A model generated the notes under the pieces. The model ran no database searches. It saw only the letters and a program-made list of their open reading frames with translations, and was not told the DNA's origin. A stretch of DNA of 64,000 bases, from the IMG/VR virus record IMGVR_UViG_2660238580_000002. One strand, written 5' to 3'. The DNA is from a virus. Lineage: Duplodnaviria; Heunggongvirae; Uroviricota; Caudoviricetes. The stretch's first letter is position 1, and each line of letters begins with the position of its first letter. Shown here piece by piece: positions 59,605 to 64,000 of the stretch. The position numbers were made by a program, and so were the translations under genes.

Positions 59605-59889
59605 CCTGTTTACCTCTTTCTCAGGAAGTTTAGTCTCCAGGATTCCCGGGGCGGTTCAAGTTGATATTGCAGTCAGTGTTCACAGGACAATGCAGGAGTG
59701 TATGACTGCAGCAACCGAACAGAAAATTCCCGGTAACTGTTACCCGGTCGATAAAGTTATTCACCAGGATAATATCGAAATCCCGGCAGGTCTTTAAAAC
59801 AGTTCCGTAATAAATATCCGGTTTCATTCTTATATGCCAGCAATGGCAGGGATTTGTTCATCCTTAAATCTGTCATGAGGTTAAAACAA

Positions 59890-62361
59890 ATGAGTAAAGT
59901 CTTTATTTGCGCCGCTATTCCTGACGAACTGGCAACAAGGGAAGAAGGCGCTGTGGCTGTAGCCACAGCCATTGAAGCTGGCGACGAACGCCGTGCTCGA
60001 GCAAAATTTCACTGGCAATTCCTGGAACATTATCCGGCTGCTCAGGACTGCGCTTATAAATTTATTGTCTGCGAGGATAAACCTGGCATACCCCGCCCTG
60101 CCCTCGATTCATGGGATGCTGAATATATGCAGGAAAACCGCTGGGATGAGGAGTCTGCTTCTTTTGTCCCGGTTGAGACTGAATCCGATCCGATGAACGT
60201 CACTTTTGACAAGCTGGCCCCTGAAGTACAGAACGCTGTCATGGTTAAGTTCGACACATGTGAAAACATCACCGTTGATATGGTTATTAGCGCACAGGAA
60301 TTGTTGCAGGAAGACATGGCAACATTCGACGGACATATCGTTGAAGCGTTGATGAAAATGCCAGAAGTTAACGCCATGTATCCGGAGCTTAAGTTGCACG
60401 CCATTGGGTGGGTTAAGCATAAATGTATTCCTGGTGCTAAATGGCCCGAAATTCAGGCAGAGATGCGCATCTGGAAAAAACGTCGCGAAGGTGAACGCAA
60501 GGAAACCGGAAAATACACGTCTGTTGTTGATCTCGCCCGCGCCAGAGCCAATCAACAGTACACTGAAAATTCAACAGGAAAAATCAGCCCGGTCATTGCT
60601 GCCATTCATCGCGAATACAAGCAGACATGGAAAACACTGGATGACGAACTGGCCTACGCTCTCTGGCCTAGTGATGTGGATGCCGGAAACATTGACGGCA
60701 GCATCCATCGCTGGGCAAAAAAAGAAGTTATCGACAACGACCGCGAAGACTGGAAGCGTATCTCGGCATCAATGCGCAAACAGCCTGATGCCCTTCGCTA
60801 CGACCGCCAAACTATTTTTGGCCTTGTCCGTGAGCGTCCGATCGACATTCACAAAGATCCCGTAGCACTGAACAAATATATCTGCGAATACCTGACGACA
60901 AAGGGCGTGTTTGAGAATGAAGAAACAGACCTGGGCACTGTTGATGTTCTCCAGTCATCAGAAACACAAACTGATGCAGTGGAAACTGAGGTATCTGATA
61001 TCCCAAAAAATGAAACCGCGCCGGAAGCTGAACCATCTGTAGAGCGTGAGGGGCCGTTCTATTTCCTCTTCGCAGATAAGGACGGAGAAAAATACGGTCG
61101 CGCAAACAAACTCTCTGGTCTGGATAAGGCACTGGCTGCTGGCGCCACTGAAATCACAAAAGAAGAATATTTTGCCCGAAAAAATGGCACATACACGGGC
61201 TTACCGCAAAATGTAGATACCGCTGAAGATTCAGAACAACCAGAGCCGATAAAAGTTACCGCTGACGAAGTAAACAAAATTATGCAGGCAGCCAATATCA
61301 GCCAGCCTGACGCCGATAAGTTGCTTGCTGCATCACGTGGTGAATTTGTTGAAGGGATTAGTGACCCGAATGATCCGAAATGGGTTAAGGGGCTCCAGAC
61401 CCGCGATTCTGTGAACCAGAACCAGCATGAATCGGAACGGAACTACCAAAAAGCGGAACAAAACAGTCCAAATGCGTTACAAAACGAGCCAGAAACGAAA
61501 CAGCCTGAACCAGTAGCGCAACAGGAAGTGGAAAAAGTCTGCACCGCCTGCGGTCAGACCGGCGGCGGCAACCGCCCTGATTGTGGCGCGGTGATGGGCG
61601 ACGCAACATACCAAGAAACATTCGATGAAGAGTATCAGGTTGAAGTTCAGGAAGATGATCCGGAGGAAATGGAAGGCGCTGAACATCCACACAAGGAGAA
61701 CACTGGCGGCAATCAGCATCACAATAGCGATAATGAAACTGGCGAGACGGCAGATCACCCAATTAAGGTGAACGGTCATCACGAAATCACATCCACCAGC
61801 AGGACGTGTGACCATCTAATGATCGACCTTGAAACCATGGGAAAAAATCCTGATGCCCCGATCATCTCAATAGGTGCAATATTTTTCGATCCGCAAACCG
61901 GAGATATGGGACCGGAATTTAGTAAGACTATCGATCTGGAAACTGCTGGCGGAGTCATTGATCGGGACACCATTAAATGGTGGCTTAAGCAATCACGCGA
62001 AGCGCAATCTGCCATTATGACCGATGAAATCCCGTTAGATGATGCACTGTTACAATTGCGAGAATTTATCGACGAAAACTCCGGTGAATTTTTTGTTCAG
62101 GTTTGGGGAAATGGAGCCAACTTCGACAACACGATTTTGCGCCGTTCATACGAACGGCAGGGGATCCCCTGCCCGTGGCGTTACTACAACGATCGCGATG
62201 TACGCACAATCGTTGAGCTGGGGAAAGCCATAGACTTCGATGCCAGAACGGCTATTCCATTCGAAGGTGAGCGCCATAATGCACTTGATGACGCCCGTTA
62301 CCAGGCAAAATACGTTTCAGTTATCTGGCAAAAACTGATCCCGAGTCAGGCTGATTCTTAA
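59890..62361 (+). CDS. Large YdfE-like early protein with C-terminal DEDDh 3'-5' exonuclease domain
   Basis: C-terminus HLMIDLETMG...WGNGANFD...HNALDD is DnaQ-like; start taken at Met with GAGG RBS; in-frame ATG at 59854 possible. Confidence 0.6.
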   Translation: MSKVFICAAIPDELATREEGAVAVATAIEAGDERRARAKFHWQFLEHYPAAQDCAYKFIVCEDKPGIPRPALDSWDAEYMQENRWDEESASFVPVETESDPMNVTFDKLAPEVQNAVMVKFDTCENITVDMVISAQELLQEDMATFDGHIVEALMKMPEVNAMYPELKLHAIGWVKHKCIPGAKWPEIQAEMRIWKKRREGERKETGKYTSVVDLARARANQQYTENSTGKISPVIAAIHREYKQTWKTLDDELAYALWPSDVDAGNIDGSIHRWAKKEVIDNDREDWKRISASMRKQPDALRYDRQTIFGLVRERPIDIHKDPVALNKYICEYLTTKGVFENEETDLGTVDVLQSSETQTDAVETEVSDIPKNETAPEAEPSVEREGPFYFLFADKDGEKYGRANKLSGLDKALAAGATEITKEEYFARKNGTYTGLPQNVDTAEDSEQPEPIKVTADEVNKIMQAANISQPDADKLLAASRGEFVEGISDPNDPKWVKGLQTRDSVNQNQHESERNYQKAEQNSPNALQNEPETKQPEPVAQQEVEKVCTACGQTGGGNRPDCGAVMGDATYQETFDEEYQVEVQEDDPEEMEGAEHPHKENTGGNQHHNSDNETGETADHPIKVNGHHEITSTSRTCDHLMIDLETMGKNPDAPIISIGAIFFDPQTGDMGPEFSKTIDLETAGGVIDRDTIKWWLKQSREAQSAIMTDEIPLDDALLQLREFIDENSGEFFVQVWGNGANFDNTILRRSYERQGIPCPWRYYNDRDVRTIVELGKAIDFDARTAIPFEGERHNALDDARYQAKYVSVIWQKLIPSQADS

Positions 62362-62433
62362 TGTTCAACTGTCGCCGGTTGTGACTGGTATTCTGCAACC
62401 GGCGCTCGTCTGATGTAAGAGATAAAGAAATCG

Positions 62434-62685
62434 ATGAGCGAAGTAATCATGATTGTCTCTCCCGGCAAATGGGTATCCGAAGAGCAGTTAATTGCGCTGA
62501 AAGGAATAAAAAAAGGTACGTTAAAAAAGGCCCGGGAAAAATCGTTTATGGAAGGAAGGGAATATAAGCATGTCGCTCATGACGGTATGCCATGGGATAA
62601 CAGTCCATGCTTTTACAACCTGGAAGAAATTGATCGCTGGATTGAGCGCCAGGCATCAGCGAGACCAAGACGTCATCTTACTTGA
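62434..62685 (+). CDS. xis: Excisionase-like protein
   Basis: 83-aa ORF directly upstream of int. Confidence 0.5.
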   Translation: MSEVIMIVSPGKWVSEEQLIALKGIKKGTLKKAREKSFMEGREYKHVAHDGMPWDNSPCFYNLEEIDRWIERQASARPRRHLT

Positions 62686-62719
62686 CTAAAAGCCACACTA
62701 ACTAATGAGAGAAGTTGAA

Positions 62720-64000
62720 ATGAAATATCCGACAGGCGTGGAAAACCATGGAGGGAAATTACGTATCTGGTTTGTTTATAAAGACGTAAGAGTCAGGGAA
62801 AATCTGGGGGTTCCTGACACAGCAAAAAACAGGCGCGTTGCAGGTGAACTACGCTCCTCTGTTTGTTACGCAATAAAAACTGGTGTTTTCGACTATGCAA
62901 AACAGTTTCCCTCCTCACGCAATCTGGAAAAATTTGGTGAGGCCCGACAAGATTTAACCATAAAAGAACTGGCTGAAAAATTTCTGGCACTGAAAGAAAC
63001 TGAAGTCGCCAAAACATCACTCAACACATACCGTGCCGTCATCAAAAATATCCTGAGCATAATCGGTGAAAAAAATCTTGCCTCATCGATTAATAAAGAA
63101 AAATTACTGGAGGTTCGTAAAGAGTTACTGACTGGATACCAGATCCCCAAAAGTAACTATATTGTTACACAACCAGGGAGATCGGCTGTAACTGTAAATA
63201 ATTACATGACAAATCTTAACGCCGTGTTCCAGTTTGGTGTTGATAACGGTTACCTGGCAGATAATCCGTTTAAGGGGATCTCGCCATTAAAGGAATCAAG
63301 AACCATTCCGGATCCTCTTTCGCGGGAAGAATTTATCCGTCTTATCGATGCGTGCAGAAATCAGCAAGCAAAAAATTTATGGTGTGTTTCTGTTTATACT
63401 GGAGTTCGCCCTGGTGAGCTGTGTGCACTTGGATGGGAGGACATAGATCTGAAAAATGGAACAATGATGATCAGGAGAAATTTAGCAAAAGACCGTTTCA
63501 CGGTACCAAAAACACAGGCGGGAACCAATCGGGTCATTCATCTTATTAAGCCAGCAATCGACGCTCTCCGGAGTCAGATGACATTAACGAGACTGAGCAA
63601 AGAGCATATCATTGATGTTCACCTCAGAGAGTATGGCAGAACAGAAAAACAAAAATGCACCTTTGTTTTTCAACCTGAAGTGTCAGCGAGAGTAAAAAAT
63701 TATGGTGACCATTTTACCGTTGACTCAATAAGGCAGATGTGGGACGCAGCGATAAAACGTGCCGGACTCCGCCATCGAAAATCATATCAGTCGAGACATA
63801 CTTATGCCTGCTGGTCGCTGACAGCTGGTGCTAACCCGGCATTTATAGCAAACCAGATGGGCCATGCAGATGCGCAAATGGTATTTCAGGTATACGGAAA
63901 ATGGATGTCTGAAAACAATAATGCACAGGTAGCTTTGTTAAATACACAGTTAAGCGAGTTTGCCCCAACCATGCCCCATAACGAAGCAATGAAAAATTAA
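62720..64000 (+). CDS. int: Prophage tyrosine integrase (IntQ-like)
   Basis: MKYPTGVENHGGKLRIWF...; catalytic R..HxxR..Y region; stop TAA at window end. Confidence 0.85.
   Translation: MKYPTGVENHGGKLRIWFVYKDVRVRENLGVPDTAKNRRVAGELRSSVCYAIKTGVFDYAKQFPSSRNLEKFGEARQDLTIKELAEKFLALKETEVAKTSLNTYRAVIKNILSIIGEKNLASSINKEKLLEVRKELLTGYQIPKSNYIVTQPGRSAVTVNNYMTNLNAVFQFGVDNGYLADNPFKGISPLKESRTIPDPLSREEFIRLIDACRNQQAKNLWCVSVYTGVRPGELCALGWEDIDLKNGTMMIRRNLAKDRFTVPKTQAGTNRVIHLIKPAIDALRSQMTLTRLSKEHIIDVHLREYGRTEKQKCTFVFQPEVSARVKNYGDHFTVDSIRQMWDAAIKRAGLRHRKSYQSRHTYACWSLTAGANPAFIANQMGHADAQMVFQVYGKWMSENNNAQVALLNTQLSEFAPTMPHNEAMKN

Larger units (their letters stand above)
58349..59658 (-). mobile_element. IS629 second copy, 1310 bp, 3-bp target duplication AGT
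   Basis: Same ends and ORFs as copy at 25183-26492; AGT flanks; same orientation. Confidence 0.9.
58293..59797 (+). pseudogene. ydfD: ydfD interrupted by IS629 after codon 19
   Basis: MNSAFVLVLTVFLVSGEPV | IS629 | DIAVSVHRTMQECMTAATEQKIPGNCYPVDKVIHQDNIEIPAGL*. Confidence 0.85.

Overview
The window is a lambda/Qin-like prophage in reverse orientation (int at 62720-64000, pin at 21-611), most likely from an E. coli or Shigella chromosome. Calls rest on reading the ORF translations against remembered lambda and E. coli K-12 Qin protein sequences; no database search was run. The head and tail genes (Nu1 through J, then lom, stf, tfa, pin) read as near-lambda, and the early/lysis region carries Qin-type genes (dicA, dicC, dicF, dicB, ydfABC, relBE, hokD, rem, csp genes, Q, holin, endolysin, Rz). 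The main finding is a ~12.4 kb phage satellite (P4-type integrase, AlpA, Pri-Rep primase/helicase, iteron origin, cos site) inserted inside the prophage major capsid gene E, flanked by a 10-bp direct repeat. The satellite carries its own gpE-like and gpD-like capsid genes, a nonsense-mutated Nu1 copy beside a lambda-like cos with altered cosN, and two DUF2971-like cargo genes that are the best candidates for an undescribed accessory or defence function. The prophage head gene W appears frameshifted, so together with the split E the resident phage is probably head-defective. Insertion sequences are frequent: two IS629 copies (one in the satellite, one in ydfD), an IS2 nested inside an IS66-family element, and one further rve-type transposase. 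No CRISPR array, rRNA or tRNA gene was recognised by eye.
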